In this document: positions 1 to 10,603 of the stretch, piece after piece
Layout of the letters: each line of letters opens with the position of its first letter
Numbering within the stretch: the stretch's first letter is position 1
NCBI GenBank assembly: GCA_963733035.1
Contig: CAVTBU010000005.1
Coordinates: 640,001-704,000 of the forward strand
Direction of reading: 5' to 3'
Length of the DNA stretch: 64,000 bases
From: Pirellulales bacterium
Lineage (GTDB): Bacteria > Planctomycetota > Planctomycetia > Pirellulales > PALSA-1355
The notes under the pieces: generated by a model
Told to the model about the DNA's origin: nothing
The model's database searches: none
What the model saw: the letters and a program-made list of their open reading frames with translations, nothing else
Translations under genes and position numbers: made by a program

Positions 1-906
1 TGTGGCCGGGATCGGCCAATTCTCGCCGGCAAGTTGTTGCACGGTTGTCTCGACATCCACGTCGCGTCGCAATACGAGCCGAACTTTCCCCCCCTCGGGT
101 ACCGCATCGATGACCTGCGGTTCATCGAGCAACTGCGCCTGCAATCCGCGCGCGGACTGTTTGGCCTGGGGCTGCAAGAGAAAGGTCCGGTCCGCCGCCA
201 AGCGGCTTATCTCCTCCGGCGGGCTCTCGGCGAGCACGTGGCCCTCGTGCAAGACGATCGCCTCGTCACACCGCTGGGCTTCGTCGAGATAGGCCGTACT
301 CAACAGCACGGTTAAGTTTTGTTCACCCGTCAATTGTTGAATAATGGCCCACAGATCCCGGCGCGAAAGTGGATCAACTCCTACCGTCGGCTCGTCCAGT
401 AACAGCAATTCGGGAGACCGTACGAGCGTGCAAGCCAGTCCCAGCTTCTGCTTCATTCCGCCCGATAGCTGTCCGGCCAGCCGACCGACGAACGGCCCCA
501 GGGCAGTCATCTCCAGCAATTGTGGGTAACGCTCGCGGCGCTCGGCAATGCTGACGTTGTTGAGGTCCGCATACAGATTCAAGTTCTCTTGCACGCTCAA
601 ATCTTCATATAGACCGAACCGCTGCGGCATGTAGCCGATACGATCCTGGACTTGCTGTGGATCCGCTGCGACGTTGATCCCCAACACTTCCAATTCGCCG
701 GAGTCAGCAGACATCAGTCCCGCGGCTAGTCGCAAGAGCGTTGTCTTGCCGGCGCCATCCGGACCGACCAATGCAGTTACTTTTCCCCGCTGCACTTGTA
801 CCGAAATGTTGTCGAGTGCGCGTACTACTTCACCCGTATTGCGGCGAAACACTTTGAGCAAGTCGCGGGCGACGAGCACCAACGAGTCCGAATGAGGTCC
901 GTTCAT
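1..906 (-). CDS. ABC transporter ATP-binding protein (YbhF-like), 3' end runs off the window
   Basis: Manual minus-strand translation from ATG at 906 gives Walker A ALVGPDGAGKT, signature LSGGMKQKL and Walker B LLLLDEPT; directly downstream of the HlyD gene. Confidence 0.9.
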   Translation of the reverse strand, partial: MNGPHSDSLVLVARDLLKVFRRNTGEVVRALDNISVQVQRGKVTALVGPDGAGKTTLLRLAAGLMSADSGELEVLGINVAADPQQVQDRIGYMPQRFGLYEDLSVQENLNLYADLNNVSIAERRERYPQLLEMTALGPFVGRLAGQLSGGMKQKLGLACTLVRSPELLLLDEPTVGVDPLSRRDLWAIIQQLTGEQNLTVLLSTAYLDEAQRCDEAIVLHEGHVLAESPPEEISRLAADRTFLLQPQAKQSARGLQAQLLDEPQVIDAVPEGGKVRLVLRRDVDVETTVQQLAGENWPIPAT

Positions 907-916
907 GGCCGCTTCC

Positions 917-1984
917 TCACTCGCCCGCCACTGCGGATGTTTTAGAAGCAGACTCCTTGCTGTCAGCCGACAAACGCTGGTCGGCATTCTCGGCCGAGTG
1001 CAGATAGACGGTGGCTGGCATTCCCAATCGCAACTCATCGTGTGGGTCTTTTACGAAGACCCGCACTTCATACACCAGGCTCGTCCGTAGCTCCTGAGTT
1101 TGCACCGGCTTGGGCGTAAACTCTGCGACCGGCGAGATGAAGCCCACCCAACCGTCGAAGCGGCGTTCTGGGAAGCTGTCGACGCCAATTGTCGCGGACA
1201 TTCCCGGCTTCAACTTTCCCAGATCAGGCTCCGAGACGTACGCCCGAATCCACTTCGGATCGGTAATCGCCAGCTGCAAAACAGGACGTTGCGGTGAGGC
1301 CATCTCGCCAGGTTCCATGATCCGCGTACGGACGACGGCGCCGACGGGCGCTACCAATTGCGCATCCGACAGCTCCTGACGGAGGAACTTCAAATTCGCT
1401 TCGTTAGCGCGAAGTCTCGCTTCGGCTTCGGCAACTTCCTCCTTGCGAGGTCCGGCGACCGCCAATTCAAGAGCCTTTTGATTGACCTCAACGCGGGCCT
1501 CGGCCACTTCCAACGCCGCTTGGACGTTGTCGACTTCCTGGCGACTGACGGCTCCGCCGGAAGATTGCTCGGAAAGCAGCTTCAGACGTTCATACTGTCG
1601 CGCTGCGTTTGCCGCGTCCGCCTGAGCCGATCGTACGTTGGCCTTGGCCTGGGCAATCTCCTCAGGCCGGCTGCCGTTATGCAAACGTTCGACAACCTCA
1701 CGCTGCGCGGCAAGTTCGGCCTCGGCCTGAGCCACCATGGGCTCCAGGCGATTGGTATCGAGCCGCGCCACAACCTGGCCCTTCTCGACGTGGTCGCCTT
1801 CCTGCACGGCAACTTCGAGAATGCGTTGGCTGTTGTTGAATGCCAGGTCGACCTGGCGCAAATCGACATTGCCGTAGAGCTCAAGCACGGCTCCATTGGA
1901 TTGGCGATGCCACCACAACCAACCGGCGACAGCCGCGCCAGCGACCAGCAGGACCAGCACAACTAGAACGACACCCCGCTTCAT
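917..1984 (-). CDS. HlyD family efflux periplasmic adaptor (YbhG-like)
   Basis: N-terminal TM helix, LYGNVDLRQV, lipoyl half-motifs around a coiled coil, C-terminal ISPVAEFTPKPVQTQELRTSLVY; start taken at MKRGVV. Confidence 0.9.
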   Translation of the reverse strand: MKRGVVLVVLVLLVAGAAVAGWLWWHRQSNGAVLELYGNVDLRQVDLAFNNSQRILEVAVQEGDHVEKGQVVARLDTNRLEPMVAQAEAELAAQREVVERLHNGSRPEEIAQAKANVRSAQADAANAARQYERLKLLSEQSSGGAVSRQEVDNVQAALEVAEARVEVNQKALELAVAGPRKEEVAEAEARLRANEANLKFLRQELSDAQLVAPVGAVVRTRIMEPGEMASPQRPVLQLAITDPKWIRAYVSEPDLGKLKPGMSATIGVDSFPERRFDGWVGFISPVAEFTPKPVQTQELRTSLVYEVRVFVKDPHDELRLGMPATVYLHSAENADQRLSADSKESASKTSAVAGE

Positions 1985-2390
1985 GCGTATCCTTTCGCAC
2001 ACCAGTACGGCCCCGCCAGGCGCCTTATCGGCCCAGTTTGGCGACGGCCATTGGCCTGTCCGGATAGTCCCTATGCGCCGCACATCCGGCACAGATTAAC
2101 AGCGTCTGGGAAAGAAATGGCCCCTGCTCGCTCGATGATCAAGGTCGCTTAATGCCGGCTTTGCCGAATTGCCGAAAGGTAGCAATGCGGACGAAAACAC
2201 CGCATGTAACCTTTCCTCCGGCCGCATCGGCCTCATCAGCAACCGATTCTCCGCACGATCCAACGCAAACTCACCGGCAACCCCCTCGCCGGGCATCCAC
2301 TCCCAGCGTCGTAAGCACGGCGAGCTTTTTGTCGCATTTCATTTTACCGCACTCGTCACTCGACGCCTATCGGCCTAACGCGAAACATTC

Positions 2391-4054
2391 ATGGACGAAC
2401 ATTCCACACAGACTAGTGCGTTCGCAAGCGCGCGTTGTTGGCCGTCGCCGCTAAACACCGCCGCGGCGCTGATGTTTGTGTTGCTTGCCGTGGGTTGCAC
2501 GACCAGCCTGCGCGAGTGGGCGCATAACAAGTTCAAAGTAGGCCCGAACTACACTCGCCCACCGGCGCCGGTGGCGCCAGCCTACATCGATTCTGGCAGC
2601 GACAAGCTGCTATTGGAGCCTGCCCAAGACTGCGGTTGGTGGACATCATTCAACGACCCTACCTTGAATGGCCTCATCGAGACCGCCTACCGACAGAACC
2701 TGGACCTGCGCGTCGCAGGCACGCGCATTCTCGAGGCCCGAGCCCAACGCAATATCGCAATCGGCAATTTGTTCCCACAATCGCAATCCGCATTGGGCGC
2801 ATACGCACACGGCCAGATTACTCAGAACCTCGCCCTGCCCATTCCTAGCACGTTTGACTTTTGGGCTACCGGCTTCAACGCCACCTGGGAACTCGACTTT
2901 TGGGGGCGCTATCGTCGTAGTCTGGAAGGCGCCAACGCTCAATGGGCTTCCACCGTCGAGCAGTATGGCGAAACGCTAGTGATGCTGATTTCGGAAGTCG
3001 CCACGGCGTATGTGCAACTTCGCACGTATGAAGAACGACTCGCTTTTGCTAAACACAATGTCGAGATTCAAAAAGGATCGCTCGGCCTGGCCGAGAGCCG
3101 ATTTAGCGAGGGAGTGGCCACCGAGCTCGACGTGCGGCAGGCCCGCACCAGCCTGGCCCAAACCGAGGCCGCCATTCCACCGCTCGAGGCCGGCTATCGA
3201 CAGGCCAGCAACCGGCTGTGCGTTTTGCTTGGCATGCCCGTCAACGACCTGGCGTCGCAGTTTGTGCCGGCGCCGATTCCAACGGCCCCGCCGCAGCTGG
3301 CGGTCGGCATTCCAGCCGAGTTGCTGCGGCGTCGACCGGACGTCCGACGCGCGGAACGAGAGGTCGCTTACCAGAGGCGCAGATTGGCGTGGCCGAGGCC
3401 GACCTCTATCCTCGTTTCGCTCTCAACGGTTTCTTGGGCTACGCGGCCGACGATCTCGATCGGCTGTTCCAGTCGAAAAGCTTCACGGCGTTCATTATCC
3501 CCACCGTGCAGTGGAACGTGCTCAACTACGGCCGGATTGCCAACAACATCGCCACTCAGGACGTTCGCCTGCAAGGCGCCGCGCTCCAGTACCAGCAAGT
3601 CGTGCTGCAAGCGGGCGGCGAAGTCGAGGATGCCCTGATCGGTTTCATCAAGTCCCAGCAGCAGGCCGCGAAATTGGAACAAAGCGTGAACGACGCCGAA
3701 CGATCGGTCGAACTCGTGCTGATTCAGTTCAAGGGGGGCGTGGTTGACTTCAACCGCGTGTACAACACGCAATCGACGCTGGTCAGCCAACAGGACCAGC
3801 TCGCCGTGGCTCGCGGCGAAATCGCCCTGAATCTGATTCGCGCGTACAAGGCTTTGGGGGGCGGTTGGCAGCACTTCTTCGCCGGCTGCGGCCTGCCGCC
3901 GGTCGATGCCATTCCAATCATCGGCCCCGGCCACATCGAACAGCTCCCGCCCACCGAGTCGATTCCCACGCCACTCCCCTCGCCCGAACCGCCCGCTCCG
4001 CCAGCCATCTCCGCGGAGCAAGAACCCGCGGAAGACGACAGCGACGGGAACTGA
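2391..4054 (+). CDS. TolC/NodT family outer-membrane efflux lipoprotein, apparent frameshift at ~3375
   Basis: Lipobox LAVGC, VGPNY, WELDFWGRYRR and PAELLRRRPDVRRAE in ORF 2391..3638; continues as AQIGVAEADLYP...YKALGGGW in ORF 3218..4054. Confidence 0.88.
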
Positions 4055-4943
4055 TCCCAGATTCCCACGGGGTTTCGCCGGCCGGGCATCCGGCGGACAA
4101 CGCTCCGCCCCGCGACGACACGTCTTTCTCGTTCGCGGGCACACGCAAGCATTGTGCGACAGGTGGTGGCCCGATTTCCAGCCCGTTGTAAACGCTTTGT
4201 GGCAAGCTCGCAGGGCGCGTATTTTTCAGCGTGCCTGATGCTCGACCGCCATCGACGACCGCGCTGGCGAAGCACCCGAAATGGCCCGGTTCGGAATTCG
4301 CAAAGTTTTCGAGTGGCCTTTTTTCGGGATGAAAGTTGCGCACTTTTCTTTTCGCCTTTTGTAACCTGAAAAATGACACATGTCGTAGCCCGCAGCTTTC
4401 GCATTTTGCCCGATATGAAACATGACGGTCCTCCGCGCGTCCCCGGTGCAGAATTGGCCGACCGTAGGCTAGCCCAACGGCTGGCCCGATTGATAGAGGC
4501 AAAGTTTTGGAGGGGCTTACAACGCGCGGCACGGCAAGAAGAATACGAGCAAGACGCCGCAATGCAGAGCCGCTACCAGTTGCAGCCGTGAAGATCCACT
4601 GCCGCCATGGACGTTGCGGCCGAACTGCGCCGCGCGGGCTCGTCGCCACGCAAGCCCGTAGCGCGCGATGCGCAACGATCGCCGCTTCCCGCTGCTCGAA
4701 CTTCGGCCGACCACTTTTTACACCAATTTCTCTGGACAACACTGCTAGGGGGATTTACTCTGACGGGTGGCGTGTAGTCCGCCACTCTCTTGGATCGTCT
4801 ATCTTTCGGGTGGTGCGCGCGGACGAAAATCGGGGCGACATTATGCGAGACGAAGACGCTCTCGTGACGTCGACGCGAGAATCCGGCCCAGCGGTTGCGT
4901 CTTATTCTCGTTATCGCGGTCTTAATCGGACAGAGGAAGAGCG

Positions 4944-7900
4944 ATGTCGACCCATCGAATGGTCCTGGGCGGAACCAGCGCCAGTGCGAACGCCCAGCGT
5001 TTTGCACGTTCCCGCAATTTCGCTTCCAGCCTGTGGCTCGAAGCCCTCGAACAGCGTCACCTGCTGACGGCCACCGTGGTCGAAGTTACCACCACCCAGG
5101 ACGTCATCGATCCGAACGACGGCCTCGTCTCCTTGCGCGAAGCCGTGCTCGAAGCGAACGCCTCGCCGAATGATTACCAGATCGTATTGCCGGCCGGCAC
5201 GTATACCTTGACCATCCAGGGCGCCGGCGAAGATGCCGCGCTCACTGGCGACCTCGACATACTCAATAACGGCAGCATGCAGATCGTCGGTGCCGGCGCA
5301 GGCAGTACGACAATCGATGGCTCGGGATTGTTCGACCCTACGCTGGGCCATGGTGACCATATCGTCGATGTGCGCGCTGGGGCATCGCTCGATCTGATTG
5401 GCGTGATGCTTACCGGCGCGCAAACGACGCCATCGGACGCAGGAGCCATCTGTAGCTTCGCGGGTAGCCAAGTGAATCTAATTGCCAGTTCCGTCTCAGG
5501 CAACTCTGGCGTCGGAATTCTCAACTACGGCCAGTTGACCATCACTGCCAGCACAATCGCAAACAACACCGGTTGCGGGATTATCAATAGCGGTACGTAC
5601 AACCAGCCAAACGGGCGCTTGAATGTGATCGCCAGCACGATCTCGGGAGACAGCGGTAACGACGGTGGAGGTATCTACAATTCTGGTGGAGATTTGACAG
5701 TCACCTCCAGTTCAATCACAGGCAACTCCGCAACGCGCTATGGCGGCGGCATCTATAGCACCGGCCATACGTCGATCGTCAACAGCACGTTGGCACACAA
5801 CACGGCAGACCGCGGCGGAGGAATGTACTGCTTTAACGCAAGCTTCGACGTCGACACGATCGCTGACAACTCGGCAACTTTGGGAGGCGGCATCTACGAC
5901 ATCGAGGATTTGAATATCAACAACTGCACAATTCTCGATAACTCAGCTGAAAACGGCGGCGGCATTTACGGGTCCACCGATCTAAAGATCAGCGAATCTA
6001 CAATCTCCAATAACTCGGCGGGAAACGGCGGCGGCATCTACGGCTCGTCGAATCTGAACGCTACCGGCACGTTGTTTTCCGGCAATACGGCAACAGCCTC
6101 TGGCGGTGCAATGAACCTCACCGGCGTGCAGGCGACACTGACCGACTGCACGCTTTCCCACAACTCCGCTCAGGACGGCGGCGCGATATATAGTCAGTCC
6201 TTCTGGTTGACGCTCAGCAATGATCGACTACTGGAAAACACGGCGTCGGTTCGCGGTGGTGGAATTGCTGCGAAAAGCAGCATGACGATCAATGACACAG
6301 AATTGAGGGACAATTCCGCGGGCGCCGAGGGCGGCGGAATTTACGACAGCGGCAGTCTACACTGTACCGGCAGTGCATTCTCAGGTAATTCCGCCTCCGA
6401 CGGCGGGGCGGTCTACTCCCTTATTGATCTCCAGGCAACGGTCGCAAACAGCACCTTGTCGGACAACAGGGCAACCCATGATGGCGGGGGAATCTATAGT
6501 GCCGGTGGCCTTGTGGTAACCTCCAGTACACTGACGGCGAATCATGCCGACAATTCGGGTGGCGGCGTGGCCTTTGCTGGCACCCAGCAGATGTGGTTTA
6601 TCAATAGCACGGTCTCGGGAAATTCGGCGGGCGCATATGGTGGCGGAGTCTACGTCGCGCACGTCGACGGGATCAGTTACACCCACGTGGACATCTCTTT
6701 CAGCACAATCACGTTGAATCGTGCGGGTACGGGGGGTACCGATGGACGCGGCGGCGGACTCTATCTATCCGATCGTTCGTCAACTTTGTTGCAAGATTCG
6801 ATCGTGGCCGGAAATCTGCGTGAGCAATCGCAGATTGAAGTCGCCAGCGACATCGAGCTGGGGCAAAACCCGCGTCCGATCGATGCGTCGTTCAACCTCA
6901 TCGGCGATCCCAATACGGCCGGCGGCCTGGTGAACGGCGCCAGTGGCAACATCGTCGGCGATGGGAACGGACATGCTCTGAACATCAACGCCATTCTGGA
7001 TACGACGCTGGCCGACAACGGCGGTCCAACTTTCACGCACAAGCTTCTTGATTGCAGCCCGGCCATCGACGCTGGGGATCCGTCGTTTGATCCTCACCGC
7101 TTCTATCCAGCAACGAATGTGCAAACCGACCAACGACAGGATGGCTTCCCGCGGGTCAAGAACGGACGCTTGGACATCGGCGCTTACGAGGCCGACGCCA
7201 ACCCGATTGGGCCGGGCAATGTGATCACGGTGGGCACGTTCGATGACTCGTTGGCCGTCGACGGAGTGTGGTCGCTGCGGGAGGCGGTGATGTACGCCAA
7301 CAGCCATCCCGGCGACTTTACCATCCAGCTGCCGGCCGGCACCTACACGCTCACGCGCAAGGGGGCCGGTGAAGATGCCGCAGTCACCGGCGATTTGGAT
7401 ATTCTCAACAACGGCAACATCCAGATCGTCGGCGCGGCGCTGGTCAGACCACGATCGATGCCACGGGACTCGGTGACCGGATCTTTGACGTGTTGCCCGG
7501 CGCGGCGCTCGATTTGCAGGGCGTGACATTGATGGGGGGCAACGTTTCGTCGGGAAGTCATGCCGACGAAAGTGGCGGAGCGGTCCGCAACACCAGTGGC
7601 CAGGTGAGCATCACCGCTAGCACGCTATTGGGCAACCATGCCCAAGGCGATGGCGGCGGCATTTACAACACGGCCGGAACCATCACGATCAATAACAGTA
7701 CGCTTTCCGATAATTCGGCGGGTACCTTTGGAGGCGGGCTTTCCAGTGAAGCCGGCCAGGTGACGATCAGCGCCGGCACCTCGATCTCGAACAACACAGC
7801 ATACCAAGGCGGCGGCATCTCCAGTGCGAATGGAGATACCGAGGCGATCACCGATTGCTCCATCTTGAACAATAGCGCGAGTGCTTCCCCTGGAATAAAT

Positions 7901-10393
7901 ATCACCGAAAGTACGATACAAATCGACCGCGGCACGATCTCGGGAAACTCAGGCAATGCAACCGGTGCAATCTTTAATGGTTCGGGAAGCATAACGGTCG
8001 TCGATAGCTCAATCTCGCAGAACATTGGCCCCGGTTTGCAGAATTACAACGGCGAGGCAACGGTCACCGGCAGCACTATCTCTGGGAACATCGGCGAAAA
8101 CAGCGATGGCATTCTCAGTTACGGCAGCGGCTATCTCGTCGCCAGCGGCTGCACGATCTCCGATAACGGTGCCTCGGGAATTGATGGCCGAAATGTGTTG
8201 ACGCCCTCCGCTGTCGAAACAACGATCAACGGTTGCCTGTTTTCGGGTAACAAGCGCGATGGGGTCGACGTTTTTTCGGGTACGGCAGTCATCGGCGATA
8301 GCACATTTTCGGACAACGGCCGCGATGGCATTTACAATAGCGGTGACTTGACTGCGCAAGATCTGACCGTTTCCGGCAGCGGTGAACAGGGAATCTATAC
8401 GGACGGTCAGGCCACTATTTCGGACAGCATTGTCACCGGCAGCCAGAGGGGCATCGACAATCGCGATGAAATGACGCTTACCCGAGTCACGATTTCAGGA
8501 AATGTTGACGCACATTCGGCAGGTGGCATTTACACCGATGGTCTGGCAAACCTCATCGGTTGTACGATTTCGAACAACAGCGCGCCGTACGCCGGCGGGA
8601 TTCGCAATTTCGGTGACTTGATCGTTACCGACAGCACGATCTCGGGCAATCATGCCGACACCGCCTCCGGCGGATTCGAGAACTCAGGAACGGCCGTCTT
8701 TGCGGGGGTTGTCATCTCCGGAAATAGTGCGATGTACGGCGGCGGCATGCGCAATCTTGGCCAATTAACTCTCACAAATTGCACCATCTCAAACAACGCG
8801 GCGACCGAGTACGGTGCTGGCATCTACGGTCAAGACGGTAACCTGACAATCATTGGCAGTACTGTGTCGGCCAATACAGGCGATGGATTGTTTGCCTACA
8901 GCAAATGTGTTATTCAGGACAGCACCGTTGGAGGAAACTCCGGCAACGGAATTTTCCTTGTCGGTCCCGGGGCCTACCGAATCAGCAACAGCACGATTTC
9001 TGGGAACGCCGGGGGGCTTACCTACTATGCCCATTCGGATGTCGTCCTCGACAACACGATCATCGCCGGCAATAGATCATCCGACGTTGCTGGTTACTCA
9101 GGTGCGCATCTCAATCCGGTGAGTGCGTACAATCTCATTGGTGACCCCAACACGGCCGGCGGCTTGGCCGATGGTACGAACGGCAACCTTGTGGGCGACG
9201 GAAATGGGCATGTGCTCGACATTCACACGGTTCTCGACACCACGTTGGCCGACAATGGCGGCCCGACCTTGACCTACGCCCTGGTGCCGGGAAGCCCGGC
9301 GGTCAATGCGGGCGATCCAGCGTTCGATTCCAACGCAACCGATCCGCCGACGCTCTTCGATCAACGCGGCGCGGGTTACAGTCGCGTTGTTGGACGGCAT
9401 GTGGACATCGGAGCGTATGAATCTGGTGCTACGTTCCAGACGGTCGTGGCCGGCCGGCAAATCTTTTACGACAACTCGACCTTCAATGGTAACGTTTCCG
9501 GCGTTGGTCCCTTCGATGCGTTCGCCATTGCCACCGACAAACAGGCCCTGCTCCCCAATGGCAGCCTGGCCGGGCCGCAAAACGTCACCAGTTACTCGCG
9601 TGGCATTAACGGCATCATGGTCGACATCGCCGGTTCGCATCCGGATATTACGGCCGCCGACTTCATCTTCCGCGTGGGGAGCAACAACGCGCCCGATACC
9701 TGGGCGGCGGCGCCCGCGCCATCGGCCGTGGTGGTGCTGCCGGGCCAGGGAGACGGCGGATCCGACCGGGTCGAAATCGTCTGGCCCGACGGCGCGATCA
9801 AGAATACGTATCTCGAAGTGATCGTCGCGGCCGACGCCCACACCGGCCTTTCGTCGCCCGATGAATTCTTCTTCGGCAACCGCGTTGGCGACACGCTGGC
9901 AGGCACGCCGGCGAGCTATTTTGTCACCAACGCGGCCGACGAGATCGCAGCCCGCCAGTCGACGGGCGTTGCTTATCAGATAAGCAACGCTTTGGATTTC
10001 GATCGCAACGGCGTGGTCAATGCCGCCGATCAGATCATCGCCCGCACCAATGGCGGCGTCCTGCCGCGCATTCAGATTTCGCCCCCACCCGCCCCGCTCG
10101 CGCAGCCGTCAGGCACAAGCGACGCGCTGGCCAGTAAACCAAGCGCAGACCTGCAAAACGCCGTGACCGCGTCGCTGACAGTGCCGACCGAAAGTGTCAC
10201 CGCCCACGCGGAGTCACCTGCTGGGCCTGTTGTCCTGGCAAAAGCCGCTCCACTGAGCGCCGCCCAGGTCGACCGGGCCCTGGCCGCCGATTGGTCGTAC
10301 GCCGCCGACAGTCTCGACGAGCTGTTTTCAACTGGCGATGCGAACGAAGTTGACGAAACGGCGCTCGAACTTCTCGGCGATGCTCTGACGTAG
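4944..10393 (+). CDS. Large surface protein: two CSLREA + beta-helix (GGGI repeats) + choice-of-anchor-Q units and a C-terminal planctomycete domain with a dockerin-like loop; apparent frameshift at ~7436
   Basis: LEALEQRHLL N-terminal motif; SLREA twice; many ISxNSAxxGGGI repeats; LADNGGPT..SPAxxAG..DQR..DIGAYE twice; DFDRNGVVNAAD. ORFs 4944..7526 and 7490..10393 join at QIVG(A)GAGQT. Confidence 0.85.
5185..7440 (+). repeat. Intragenic duplication of the CSLREA segment (~5185-5300 vs ~7330-7440)
   Basis: LPAGTYTLTxxGAGEDAAxTGDLDILNNGxxQIVG occurs twice with similar DNA. Confidence 0.8.
6890..9325 (+). repeat. Intragenic duplication of the choice-of-anchor-Q segment (~6890-7085 vs ~9128-9325)
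   Basis: NLIGDPNTAGGLxxGxxGNxVGDGNGHxLxIxxxLDTTLADNGGPT occurs twice. Confidence 0.8.
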
Positions 10394-10490
10394 TCGTCCC
10401 GGTGCCCAGCCCAGTTGGACGAGGAAAGCCCGATTCGGGGGTAGCGACCGGTCTCGGCCAACCATGCAGCAACAAGGCATCCGCAGAAGG

Positions 10491-10519
10491 TTGACGGCCA
10501 ACTGGCGGTGGATTAAGAT
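10491..10519 (+). promoter_or_regulatory. sigma70-type promoter of the PSD1-DUF1501-ROK operon
   Basis: TTGACG-17 nt-TAAGAT. Confidence 0.65.
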
Positions 10520-10526
10520 TCGCAAT

Positions 10527-10549
10527 TACTTAATAAACACAACTAAGTA
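10527..10549. promoter_or_regulatory. Candidate ROK-family operator
   Basis: AT-rich inverted repeat TACTTA-ataaacacaac-TAAGTA just downstream of the -10 box; a ROK repressor lies in the same operon. Confidence 0.65.
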
Positions 10550-10603
10550 TCGTCGGTCGCCTCGCGACCCGTCTTTGCCGGCCGTTCCAAGGGGGGAACT
10601 CCC

